From: Paraspadella gotoi
Lineage: Eukaryota > Animalia > Chaetognatha
Length of the DNA: 64,000 nt
Direction: 5' to 3'
NCBI GenBank assembly: GCA_051294375.1
Contig: CM119263.1
Location: 8,025,935-8,089,934, forward strand
Part shown: in pieces, positions 11,924-24,500 of the stretch
Position numbering within the stretch: position 1 is the first letter of the stretch
How the letters are laid out: the number at the start of each line of letters is the position of its first letter
The notes under the pieces: model-generated
What the model saw: only the letters and a program-made list of their open reading frames with translations
What the model was told of the DNA's origin: nothing
Databases searched by the model: none
Translations under genes and position numbers: made by a program

Positions 11924-13916
11924 CGATGATGATGATCTACCGAGAAGATTGTAATAGTCATTTCTTTAAAATTTTTACAGTTGCAACAGTGTCTCGCGGA
12001 TCCGGCCGCCGCCGCTGCCACGGCAGCTGCAGCAGCCAACGTGGCCAGCGAGGCTTTTGGGTTCAGCCCGAACGAGGAACAGAATCCTGGTGAGAGGAAT
12101 TTATTTTGATAATGCACTCAGGCTTACGGAATGTCTACTGTCTTGTCTTGTTTGTTTTTTTGTTCATTGTCTCAAATCGCATTTTTTCCTCACGACAGAT
12201 TTCTCGATGGGCGATGGAATGTCGTCCGGCGATAACCCAACTTCCGACGCCGACAAATCCGCTTCCGCCCAAAGCGGCGCCGACAAATCGAACGCGGAAT
12301 CGACGGCGCAGAAGGGAAACGAGGAATACCTCAAATACGTCGGCCAAAGCGTAGCCGCCATGTTGGATCCGCTCGGCATCGACGTCTTGGTAAGAGTCTG
12401 CTTGACATCTCCCGTTACCACGGTTTTCGTTTTGAATAGTTGATTGAATTTGATTGATTGAATTTTATTTGTTTATTTTTTTTTGGTTTATTGATAGATT
12501 TATTGATTAATATAACAGTTTTTTAACATTTTATTTCTCTGTTCAAATCCTAGATCGACGTTGAGACTCCAGCCGGGCGTCGCGAAAAAGCCGCGGAAAC
12601 AAAGAAGAAAAACGAGGAAGAAACAAGCATGGAGGCCGACGTCGCTAAAGTAACCAATCAATTGTATTTTGAATATTTTATTTTGTTGCAAGTGCATTAC
12701 CTTCTCGATTGTTTTTTCATAAATCGTTATTAAAAAAAAAAGGAATTATTTCGCCAGTAGGATTGCCGACGACTCTAAAACTGCCCTTTATGGCAACGGG
12801 AGGATAGCCTGTGATACCGGGGCGCGGGGTATCTCACCAACTGGCGTAGGGGCTGCGGACCCTCAGTGACCGCCTCCTGTCACTGGCATGTTTATACCGG
12901 CACCGTCACATTTAAGCCAGAACGGGATACCCGGGATTGAACCCGGGACGCACGGATGGAATGAGATGATTTAGCCTGCTCAGCCAATGAGACGAGGCTG
13001 AGGACGGACAGCAGGGAGGCAGCTTTAAGTCTTGCTGCCACACCTTCTCCTTTTCCATTTCAGGTGACGACCGAAGTCTCGAAATTGACGACCACCGACT
13101 CCGAAACTGGACAGGCTACAACGTCTACAACGACAACGACAACAACGACAACTGATCCCGATGTCGCCGTCGCCGGCGCCAACGACGATGACGACGACGA
13201 GGTGATGCTGGAAGACGGCGCCGCCGCTACCAGCGACGCCGCGGCGAAGGACTCCAGCGATGACGAGTGGCACGTTATCCCGCCGGCGATGACGCCCGCT
13301 TATTCCGAGAAAGCGGGCAAGGGAAAAGGTGAGGCGGGGGAAGAGGAAAAAGGTGGGTCGGGCAAAGGGGGAAAGGTTGAGGCGGGCCAATGAAAAGATA
13401 AGGCGGGCATACGGGCGAAAATTAATGAAGAAATTCGATTAACCAAAACGAGGCCGATTATTAGTTTTTGAATAAGAATGTTGGGTTATTTTTAATGATT
13501 TTATGAGTTTAAGATAAGGTTGGTTCGTTTTTAATTTTAGCTGACTTGTATTTGTCCATTTTTTAGGCGCAATCCCCAAAGGAAACAAATCTAATAACGA
13601 AAGCCCAAACAAAAAGGGGCTACCACCCCACGTGGCCAAGAGCCTTTATCAGGTATTGTCATTCATCGGAAATAAAATTTGAACCTTATTTTAATTATAA
13701 TAAAGACTGACTTTCGGAACCAATTATTTATATTTTCTTCACACATTCGCTAACATTTTTTTTTCTTTATTTCATCGCCAGATGCAGTCGATGGGGTTCA
13801 GCAACGAAGGCCATTGGTTGGAACGACTCCTGTTGGCCAAAGACGGAAACATCTCGATGGCACTGGACGCCATCAACCCGAACAAGCCGGCAGCGGGCCA
13901 CGCCCATCACCAGTGA
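9284..13916 (+). CDS. SQSTM1: Sequestosome-1/p62 (ref(2)P) autophagy receptor: PB1-ZZ-LIR-UBA
   Basis: Possible leader exon 9284-9331. Exons 9997-10171 (MSVKAFL...EVRRF, PB1), 10270-10364 ([19 protein letters not shown] motif), 10547-10934 and 11080-11194 (ZZ finger [32 protein letters not shown]), 11592-11826, 11981-12089, 12199-12389 ([20 protein letters not shown]), 12554-12649, 13064-13328 (LIR DDEWHVI), 13567-13652 and 13782-13916 ([20 protein letters not shown]...ALDAI, stop). Confidence 0.95.
9317..9860 (+). repeat. 54-bp tandem repeat, ~10 copies, in SQSTM1 intron 1
   Basis: Unit TTCCAG GCTGGACAG GTGGGTTGATTGACTGATTCTGACCTTTTTGGTGATTGT. Copies are near-identical with no spacers. Confidence 0.95.
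12780..12995 (-). mobile_element. tRNA-derived SINE in an SQSTM1 intron
   Basis: The minus strand has an A-box-like TGGCTGAGCAGG (~12975-12986) and a B-box GGTTCAATCCC (~12933-12943). A diverged homologous copy lies at 58702-58884. Confidence 0.65.
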
Positions 13917-14587
13917 ACAGTTTTTTCGATCGTGAACATGGAAAAGTGAACAAAATGGACATTTTAAAGTCTTGCTTTCAAGGGATTAACTATTTTATCA
14001 CTTTGCCGTGGTGGTTGGAATTATGATATCCCCTAATTTGATTTGTCACAAATTGTCTTTTTAAGCGTCACCGTCATCAATCAATCTGTCCCGATTTAAG
14101 AAAGCTATATTATTTTTCTTACCTTCGCTTGTAGTAGATTTATGTGTTTCATAGGCTTAGATTTGTAAACATTACGCAAACCAAGTTCGTTGTCTGTCCT
14201 AGTCTTTGCTATCACAGTGATGTAATCAATTCTTGAATTTTACGTTTTACTCCAGATAAACATTGGAGGATTTTTAGATTTGCTTCACTCTATCCTTACT
14301 AATAGTGAATGTATGAATCGAGTATTAATAAAATAATAAAAAAAACCATTGTGTTGTATTCTAAAACTTTTCTTCATTTCTGGTAACGAACGATGGCGGC
14401 CAATTATTAATTTTACGCATTTATACCATTTATATCATCAAGAAATTAAGCTTCTGCATTAGTTTTGATGATTATTTGATCGGATCGTTCGTCAGTTTAG
14501 TCATCCTAGTCTAAACAAGACTGATTGTCGAGAAAGAGAAATTTAATATCCAACTAATTATCCGACAAAAAAAAAAATCAATAAATC

Positions 14588-16486
14588 TCATTGGATGTGA
14601 CGTTGAATCCACCCGAGGAAAGGCTCCACCCTGTAGTATCCGCTGGGAAGAAGTAGACAGTGTGGTTCGGAGGCGAAATGAGCCACGCCGACGACCACGA
14701 ACCTATCGCCTCTTTTGACCACGAGAGGGCCACCGCTGTCACCGCCGCAGGCTCCGTAACTGCGTCCGTCTGAGAGAAAAGGACGGTGGACAAGGAGGGA
14801 AGGGTTGCGAAGTTGGAAGACGGTTGAGTCAACACTCTCCATCTTTGGACTTGACAAAAATATTTTTTTTACCAGTATGTCCGAAACAATAGATGTTGTC
14901 GTTAAAGGCGACGTCTGTTCATGAAGTAAAAATATAATTATTTTTTTAATTACTATTTCCTTTTTATTTATCTTAGCAAACAGGTATAAAATAGTAGTTA
15001 CCTCTCGCTTGAAATATTTTCTCCCACTTGGCTCTGCATTCGCTCAATTTCCAAATCGGTCCCGCTGTTTCAAGAAGAAACAAACAAAAAAACAACGCGT
15101 TAATTGGTTGGCTTCTTAGTGAAATGATATACAACATGCTTATTACAATTATGTTGCTGCTTAATTCGCAGGCGGCGTTTTGAACTCACCCGCTTGCTGC
15201 AAAAATCTCGGTTTGTTGGCGCGATTCTTCGTCTTGCTTGTGAAGCCGTAACCAGAGATGAAGCCCATTTCCCCTACGATAAACGTATTGGCGTAATATG
15301 ATCAAAATTTACGATCTTTAATTATATTATTATTCGTACCTTCAAAAGTTTCTCCTTTATTAGGCAGGCAAACCGGCCTCACGTATTTGGTTATTTTGGC
15401 CGGTTGTTTTAACTAAAAACAAGTATGTAGCAAAATTAAACACACATCTGGTAAAAAAAATATTTTTCTAGAAATTTTTTAAATGTTAAAATCTACGACT
15501 TTCATGTCACCCTGATGAGAGCAATGTCATTCAGGTTGAAGCCTTCCTTTTGAGCGCCTTCCACGTAATTTTCGTGAATGACAATTTTGTCCACATCGAG
15601 TCTTTGCTCTCCGGACTCTGGCATGTACTGATCACGGTCGCCTAACATCACTCTGAAAAAAACAGTGCAACCATCAGTATTAAACAAGGGATTAGTTTAG
15701 CGTGACAGACACTTTCCCGTAAGAGCAATCCAAACAACAGTAATTTGAATGATAGAAAAATCGCAACGCCAGTATGAATGCCGTGCTGTCAGATTAGTAC
15801 GAGAATCATATCAGCGATTACGCGAATTTCGAAGGGTCCTTGGTCGCCTTGAAACAGTGCGCTGCAGTAAGAATCCATCTGTCATTTAGCAGTGATCCGC
15901 CGCACAAATGCTGAAAAGTGCTGAAGGAGAAAAAAAAATCAGGTTCAGCAATTCGCGAAGATTCACTTACCTAAATCTTTAGCAATATTCGATCCTTACA
16001 CATCGCCCATGAATCTGACTTTCGTTTTAAGTCCCGCCTGCCAAGGCCACGCCCCTTCCGGCGCGATCTTCCCGCCGACGACGAAAGGCTCCACCGCGTC
16101 GGCCGCGTCCGTCAAAAGCGCCGCCTCGCTTTCCTCAGGATGAAGCTGAGGAAAAGGGAGATTAAACAAAAGAACAGCGCTCTATTTTAATTCTTACTTC
16201 TCGATCCTCACCTTTCTTTGCGCGGTTTCGTAGTCGGCGGTGAGTTGGGCCAAGGAGGTGAGGCGGAACCTCGGATCTTCGAATCCTCTCTTCTCGGAGT
16301 AGCTGATGACGCGATCTCCGCAAGCATCCCCTTGTAAAAAAAAATAAAGAAAAAAAAGAAGAAAAAAATAAAGTAATAAAAAAAAAGGCAAAACAATTTT
16401 AAAAAGTCGAAGACAAAGACAGAAATTGAACTTACCTTCGCTGAGAAGCGAACCGAAAATAAAAAGGAGGGACGTCAAAAACAAAT
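14588..16486 (-). CDS. Secreted S1A (chymotrypsin-clan) serine protease; start codon falls in an N gap
   Basis: Signal peptide ([15 protein letters not shown]), activation site F-VVGG...[42 protein letters not shown] and stop at 14588. About 10 phase-compatible exons; the catalytic triad is intact. Confidence 0.93.
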
Positions 16487-17070
16487 NNNNNNNNNNNNNN
16501 NNNNNNNNNNNNNNNNNNNNNNNNNNNNNNNNNNNNNNNNNNNNNNNNNNNNNNNNNNNNNNNNNNNNNNNNNNNNNNNNNNNNNNNNNNNNNNNNNNNN
16601 NNNNNNNNNNNNNNNNNNNNNNNNNNNNNNNNNNNNNNNNNNNNNNNNNNNNNNNNNNNNNNNNNNNNNNNNNNNNACTGTCGCTGGAAGCTTATCTATT
16701 TTTTGATACAAGGACTTGTTTTGTTTCATTTTAATCAAATCTGTCACTTTTTTCTCCACGAATCTTCATTAAAAAAGAAAACCAAGGAAAAAAAATATTG
16801 ATAAAATGGCTCGCGAGAATTAAATCGCTTTTTAATGAACAAAAAAAAATTGCGCTAATACATATGTACATTGATAAAAAAAGATCATAGGTTAAGGTGA
16901 AAGCAGTAATTACAATTATTTACATATTAAACACCTATTTAACTTTTAACAGTCGTCATTCAGAAGAACTTAATTCATTTTAAAAGGACCGAGTGATTGT
17001 CCGAAGTTTCTCTTCAAGCACGCCTCATGACAGAGAGACAACTTCACCAACCACACTTCCCATTTCCGTT

Positions 17071-18950
17071 TCAAGAGTCTCCACGACGCAGAAACTCTTT
17101 GACGTTCTCGTTTTCGTCCAGGCCTTCGAACTCTTCGTCCGCCGTCGGCTCCTCCAGCACGATCTTCGGCACACTCGTCCAACCGCTCGTCGACGCTGCC
17201 GTCGAACCTCGGAAGCGAGAAGCGTCTTCAGTCGAGGCAGCGTAGCTGCAGTCTGCCGGCGTTGCGGAGGCATTGGCTGCGGCGGCCTTGGTTGAGAAGC
17301 AGCGCTGCGAAAAAATAATTTTTACATTGTTTTGAGTCGTATACTTCAAAACTCAAAAACAAATTCAAATCTTTATATTCGAGTTAACTCATTATAAAAA
17401 TTATCTGCGTAAGTATCCATTTTATTTAATTCTGAATCATAAAAAGTTAAAAAAGACTCAACAGCATCTCCATTGAGAAAAATTATGACAGCGGATCTCT
17501 TCTTACCTCGATGCATCGGATTGGAAAAAATATGGCGCACTGATGGCCATCAACGATCAGGCGAAGTAAAATGTGGCGTTGTAATTTTGGTGAGATGTCG
17601 TAAACGAATCCTGCCGAACGAGAAAACAGAATCAAACTTTTTTGGTGAAAGTTATTTTCAGTAATCTTTTACTATAAAAATTAGATTTACGAGTCACAAA
17701 GTGTAAGTATTTAATTTTCTTAGTGATTTTTTTCCCAAATCTCACACTGGCACTCCAGCCAATTCTCCCTCACCAGCCATAGGGGCTCCGATAATTGTGG
17801 CGATGCCCTGGAACAACGAAAGCAGGCCAAACGAACTGGCCAATCTTTCCAGACCCAAAATGTCAGCCAGAATCGGGGTTCGAAGAGAGATAAAGATGGC
17901 TGTCAAAAACAAACCCGGGAAAAAGTGGGAAAAAAATTAAGAATATTTTTGTTTTTTATAGAAAAAACCTAACTAACATAATCTAATATTAATAATATAG
18001 AATAACTCAACCCTGATAAGAATGAACAAGAACTGAAATTATGTTAACTGCACGCCAAACTATAATTGCTATAACCCCGCATAACGACTTTCTAGCAACA
18101 AGGGAACCTGCAAAAGAAATTGATAAAGGGGTCCGAAATTTCTTAGCACGGCCCTGAGATTCAAAAGACCGTAATTACCTATGCACAACCCGAACACGAC
18201 TCCGTAAATGATTAAACTGACGTAAGTCGTGCAGAATGGAACCAAAATGGTAGCCACGCCCCCTGGAAACAAAAGAAGCAGAATCTGACGTCGTTGATAG
18301 CGAGTGGACAATGAGATGTCGCTTTTATGTACTTATTTTTTTATGTTTTTCATATATTTGATAAATTAATTGACCGATAAAGAGGGCAGCGCTGTTGAAG
18401 TAGAGTTTATCGGTGCAGGGAAGATCGGCGATGAATCCTGAGCCGATTCGGCCAACAGTGTTTGCTATTCCCATCACCTGAAGCGTCGAGTTTCGATGGA
18501 TTAATTATTAAACATTTTTTTAAAGGTTTTTAACGTCCCAAAAACTTTCTCATAAAGGCCGAATTAATTCTTGCTGGTAAAGATTTTAACCTGAATGATA
18601 AAATCTCCTTCGGCTTTACCCAGATTAATTTCCCCGGCGTAACTCGGAACGTAGAAAAAAGGGATGAAAAATCCTNNNNNNNNNNNNNNNNNNNNNNNNN
18701 TCATCAGCGAACGAAGTTTTAATATTAATAATTAATTATATTAACATTAAGGACTAATTTCCTGCATTTTCAACCGACTACTTCCTTCTCACACGGACCG
18801 TCATGCTTAGAAAGCTGGAGACGCAAATGATGCAGAAGACCGGACTCTTTGAACAGCGTCCACGGTCCATACATGATCATCAATGTCGCGTTAAGGCGTT
18901 CGACATCAGGGCCGCAGAAAGTCCGGGTTGAGCCGTGACTTGAAAAACGT
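17071..18950 (-). CDS. C-terminal exons of a monocarboxylate transporter (SLC16, MCT12/14-like, MFS)
   Basis: Exons read GFFIPFFYVP, VMGIANTVGRIGSGFIAD, GGVATILVPFCTTYVSLIIYGVVFGLCI, AIFISLRTPILADILGLERLASSFGLLSLFQGIATIIGAPMAG and GFVYD, with a last exon ending at 17071. A few single-base errors are present. Confidence 0.85.
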
Positions 18951-21470
18951 GAGTAATTCTGCAAAGAAATTCGTCGCTACCATTCAAATTGGGATTCCTG
19001 TATCGAAGAGAGCCTGACTGAACAATAGGTCAATTCTGGCAAAATTCGTCCATTCAAATTGGGATTCCTGTATAATCAAAGAGAGCTGACTGAAAACACG
19101 TAATACATGCACAAAATTCCAATTCTAAAATTGCATTCAACAACAAGAGAGCGAGAAAAAGAAAACTCGTAAGCCCAGGCATTAAGCTACATCCTTTAAT
19201 CTCACATTCAAAAGAACAGAGGCGAAATCTCGTGAGGCAGCCTATAAGTCCGCCCTAATCCATTAGCGCCTGGGACCGCATGAGTTGAGGGACATCGATT
19301 GCTGACAGATCGTCTGGTGACGTCCCTTGACTCCCTGTAAGGGGAGTTCCTACGCTAGGAATTGATGATGGCTCCCCGACGAAGTAGAGTTCGCGACGGG
19401 ATGGTGACTCGAGACGCATCCTCGACAGATAGAAATTGAAGGGTAGTCCTAAGAGAGATTAGAAAATTGTAGTAGTAGCCTGATGCAGAATTTGGACCCC
19501 CGCAGGTAGTTGATGAGACATGATCCTAAGTAGAGCGCTAAGTGAAAGATAGAAATTGAGGTTAGTCTGCAAGCAATGAATTGCGGTACATTGGAGAGAG
19601 ATGTAGAAATTGAGGTAATAGTTGTAATGAGCATAAATAGAACATTGAGGTAGGTTGAAGAGAATTTAGAAAATTTTCGTAAGTGCTAAAGGAAGATAAT
19701 GAGAGTTGAGAGATTAAGAAATTGAAGGTAGTTCGAATAGATTAGAAATTGGAGAGTTGAGCAGGAGTATTAGAAAAAGAGGGATGACTTTTTAAAATAT
19801 ATGTTGATTTCCCTCTTCAGGCCGCAGGGCATATCTATTATAAATCTAGGGGAAACAAGAATCGCCTAATTCGTTATTAAAAAAGGTAAAAATACATCAC
19901 GTCTAGGATGTTTCAATTAGGTACATTGCGTTTTTGTTCTTAGGTTAGTAAAAGTCATTAATGATAGAATATCCAGCAAAAAAAAAAAAAAAAAGAGTTT
20001 GGTTTAACTGAGATGATGAAAAATAGGATATGGCAATAAGATTTAAAATTTAAGAAAAATGGTTCAAATTATAAAAAGGTTGCGTCTTTTTCAAAGAGAT
20101 GTCGTCTACCCTCTGCTTCGTCGTCAGATCGCCGCCTCCGACATTTGCGCGACACCCAATGACTTTCGCTCACTGACTCGTCCCCAGTCTTCGTCAACGC
20201 CTCCGCCGCCGTCGCGCCCACGCCTCGCGCACGCCGCCCCCGCCAACCGTCCCTCGATTCCCAGGGATTCCCCTAGAAAAATCCCGTCGGGTCGTGCTTC
20301 GAGGCGGCGTGGGTTGGAAAGACGTTTGTGGCGACGAGTGATGTCCCAGCTTCGGAGATTTTTTGAATCTCCTCGTCGACTGATGTTTCTGGAAATCGAT
20401 GACATGATGGAGAGGGTGAGAGAGAAGAGAGGAAGAGAGAAGAGAGAGAAAGAACGAATTACTGGAAATACTATGATCAGCTATTTTTTTAATCTATGTG
20501 GCACCTCCTGCTTTTGATATCTTGATCCATGATTTGTTGGAACCCGGTCGGATTGCTGGCGCGAGCTCTGCAGTGAGCCAAGAAACGAGTGTAACCATAA
20601 TAAGCCAAATTAGGTGAAATTTTGGAAAATATCCGATGATAATTAATCATTTGTCGCGTGGTATATTCACACCATCACACGTTCCATCGCCGTTCAGCCC
20701 AATACCTAGTTTGCTTCATGAGGGGGAACACAACCATCCCAGGCGTCCGTGTTTTCATCCACAGTCCTAACGATTCATCTACGTTGGCAAAGCGCAACCG
20801 TCCTGGGTACCGCGTTACTGAGGGTCGGAAGCCTCGAGTGACGGCTGTTGCCATCATATTCATTAATTAATCATGCTATAAAAAGTTATTGCAAATTTTT
20901 GGATGGGTTTTTTTTTTTTCCAAATAAAGAATATAGGATTGACCAAAAAACTTTACTACCGCGTAATTGGTTGATCCAGAGATTTGTTCGATTTTTTTAA
21001 AATTAAGAAATTGGCCTTGATTGACCTGATTCAGCTGAAAAAGCATTAGTGAATAAGAATTTGGGGGAAAAATGGAATGAAAGAAAAAAAGGTTATTATG
21101 AATATTATCATTTTGTTTATTAAGCTATTTTTTCAGTCACCACGTTTTTGTCGTTGGTTATCAATAACTCACCCCACGTAAGGTTTTTCGATCGTTGCCA
21201 CCGTATCTCTCCCAGTTGATCGCGTTGACTTCGCTAACACTTACACCAGCAAGCGTGAAACGTTCGGTTGAGCCGAATTCCCCCCGACTGAGTTGCCCTG
21301 ACCCGCTCCCTGCCCTGCCGGGGAAATTAGATGGTTCCTTGAATCGAGAAGCCCGAGGAAAGAAGAGAGACAGACCCGACTTACGACCGTATTACACCGA
21401 GGAATGTCTCCACTGGGGATTTTTTATGATTCTTTTTTTTATTGAACAGATAGACAACCACCAGATATAA
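18750..21470 (-). other. Error-rich copy of the middle MCT exons (loop region), equivalent to ~27820-30800
   Basis: Same exons and the same 25-bp intronic repeat as 27.8-30.8 kb, but with dense indels. Confidence 0.75.
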
Positions 21471-21559
21471 AACAAAAAAGCATAATCGCAAACCAAGTAG
21501 TGCGACTCGTCAGACCGACGCCGAGACCACCAAACACGGTGAAACAATCTAAACATAAG

Positions 21560-24500
21560 TTAATCGAGTCAAACGCGGATCACTTGGAAGAGATCGGGGC
21601 AGTGCCGGATCGAAACCTTCACATGTAATGTTGAAGTTTATTAGAATAACAAACGACAAATAACAACACGTATAGATCCACTGAGGATATTACAAAAAAA
21701 AATAAGTAAAAGAAAAAATACGGTAAGATAACATCTTGAAACTGACAAAAATAATTACATACAAAAAATGATAATATTCATAATAACCTTTTCATTCAAT
21801 TCCCATTTATTACCCACCCATTTCCTATTCACATAAATTGTTATCACTGACACTCCAATCATAGATAGGCCAATGCTTAATTTTAAAATCGAACAAATTC
21901 TCTGGATCAAACCAATCTTCAAGGTAGTAGTTTTTGTGTCAATCCTATAATATCCTTTCATCTTTTGGAGAATAAAACCCCAAAATTGCAAACTTTTTAG
22001 CAGATTAATAATTACATGAATAATGGGATGGCAACAGCCGTCAACTGAGGGCTAATCCGACCCTCAGTAAACTGCGAGTTACTACTGAGGACGTGCGCTT
22101 GCACAATCGTAAGAGTGAAGTCGTAGGACTGTGCGAATGCTAACACGACGCCTGGGAATGAAGTGCTTGTTTCCCCCTATGAGCCAATAGTATTGTGGCC
22201 TGAACGCAGCATGGACGTGACGGTGGTGTGAATATTACCCACCACAATGATTAATTATCATTCGATAATTTTCAAAATCATTATTTTGCTTATTATGCGT
22301 TTACACTTCTCTTTCTTGCTCTACGCAGAGCTCCCGCCAAGAGCAACTCGGACCGGGTATCCAACAAATCATTGCGATCAATATCAAAACCGAAGGGTGG
22401 CCACAATAGATTAAAAAATAATAGGTCCTGATCAATTTATTCAGTTAATTCGTTCTTTCTCTCTTTTCTCTCTTTCTCTTTCCTCCTCTCTCTCCAATCC
22501 CTCTCCATCATGTTCATCGATTTCAACATTCATCAGTCGACGAGGAGATTTCAAAATCTCCGATAGTGGACATCCACTCGTGGCCACAACGTCTCCAACC
22601 ACGACGCCCTCGAAGCACCGACCCGCGATTTTCGGGGAATCCTCGGGAGAACCGTTGGCGGCGCGGCTGATGGCGCGACGCGCGGCAAGGGATAGGTGGC
22701 GGTCAGGAAACGGCTGCGCGTATCGGCGGCGAGGCCGGGGAGGGGCTAGAACGACACTTGACGAAGACGGCGACCGGAGGTCAATGGAGCCGAACAGTAA
22801 TTGGTATTGTCGCAAAATGTCGGAGGCGCGCGATCGGACGACGGAAGCAGAGGGGAGAGACCGACATCTTCTTTTTGAAAAAGAGACAGGTCACTTTTTA
22901 TACTTGACCATTTTTTTTAATTTTAAATAATCTTAAATTGCCATATCCTTTTCATCATCTCCAGTTAACCACAAACTTCCTTTTTTTTTTTTTTTTTTTA
23001 GCTGAATAATTTCATATTCATTATGACTTTTAAACCTAAGACAAAAAAAACGCAATATTACCTAATTTTGAAAATCTAGACCGTGATTATTTTTACCATT
23101 TTTTTTAACCTCGAATTAGCCGATTTCTCTGTTTTCCAACTAATAAATTTCAATAGATTGCCTCCTGAAAGGAAATTCAACATATATTTTAAAAAGTTCA
23201 TCCCTCTTTTTCTAATCTCCTCAACTCTCTCAATTTCTAAATCTATTCAACTACCTCAATTTCTAATCTCCTCAACTCCCTCAATTTCTAATCTCTTCAA
23301 CTACCTCAATTTCTAATCTCTTCAACTAACTCAATTTCTAATCTCTTCAATTACCTCAATTTCTAATCTCTTCAACTACCTCAATCTCTTAATCTCATCA
23401 AAATACCTCAAATTTTCTAATCTCATCAACTACCTCAATTCTAATCGCATCAACTACCTAAATTTCTAATTCTTTCCAACTACCTCAATTTCTAAATCTC
23501 GTCAGGATCGTCTCGAGTCACCATCCCGTCGCGAACTCTACTTCGTCGGAGCCCTCAATCAGATTCCCTACAATAGGATCACGATCTGACATCAAGTCCA
23601 ACATCGCCAGCATGATTATGCCTTCATTCAGGCGGCCTCCAGGCCTAATGGAATTTAACAGGTGACGGGACGATTAGAGCCTGGCCTTGACGAGTTTTTT
23701 TCTCTCTTGTTGCTTTTTGTTGATTAAAAATTATTTTGTCATGTTTACTTCATTTTCAGTCAGGCTCTCTTTGATAAAGGAATCCCAATTTTGAATTGGA
23801 CGAATTTTTGCAGCAATTACTTTCAGTCAGAGCTCTTTTGATACAGGAATCCCAATTTCTGAATAGGACGAATTTTTGCAGAATTACACATTGACCTGTT
23901 TTTCAGTACAGGCTCTCCTTCGATACAGGTGAATCCCCCATTTGAATAGGACGAATTTTTGCAGAAAATTGACCTGTTTTCAGTTCAGGCTCAAACCCGG
24001 ATTTCGCGACGCGAACCTCGAGTGATACGCATCTACGCGGACATTGAGATCAATGAATGGACGTGACGCTGTTTCAAGAAAGTCCCGTCTTCGTCATCAT
24101 TTGCGTCTCCAGCTCTTCTAAGCATAGACGGAGTGTGAGAAGGACGAGTCGGTATGAAAATAGGAAATTAGTCAGTTAAATTAATTAATTAATTAAATTA
24201 ATTAATTAAATTAAACCTTCGTTTCGCAGGATTTTTCATCCCTTTTTTCCTACGTTCCGAAGTTACGCCGGGAAATTAATCTGGGAAAAAGCGAAGGAGA
24301 CTTTATCATTCAGGTTAAAAGTCTTTACCAGCGAAAAATTAATTCGGCCATTATGAGAGAAAGGTTTTTGGGGACGTTAAAAACCTTTTTAAAAAAACGT
24401 TTAATAATTAATCCATCGAAACTCGACGCTTCAGGTTGATGGGAATAGCAAACACTGTTGGCCGAATCGGCTCAGGATTCATCGCCGGATCTTCCCTGCA

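Noticed and set aside
12925-12995. tRNA gene
   Set aside because: Only the A/B boxes and a T-arm are recognisable and no full cloverleaf forms. The attached body is repeated elsewhere, which fits a SINE.
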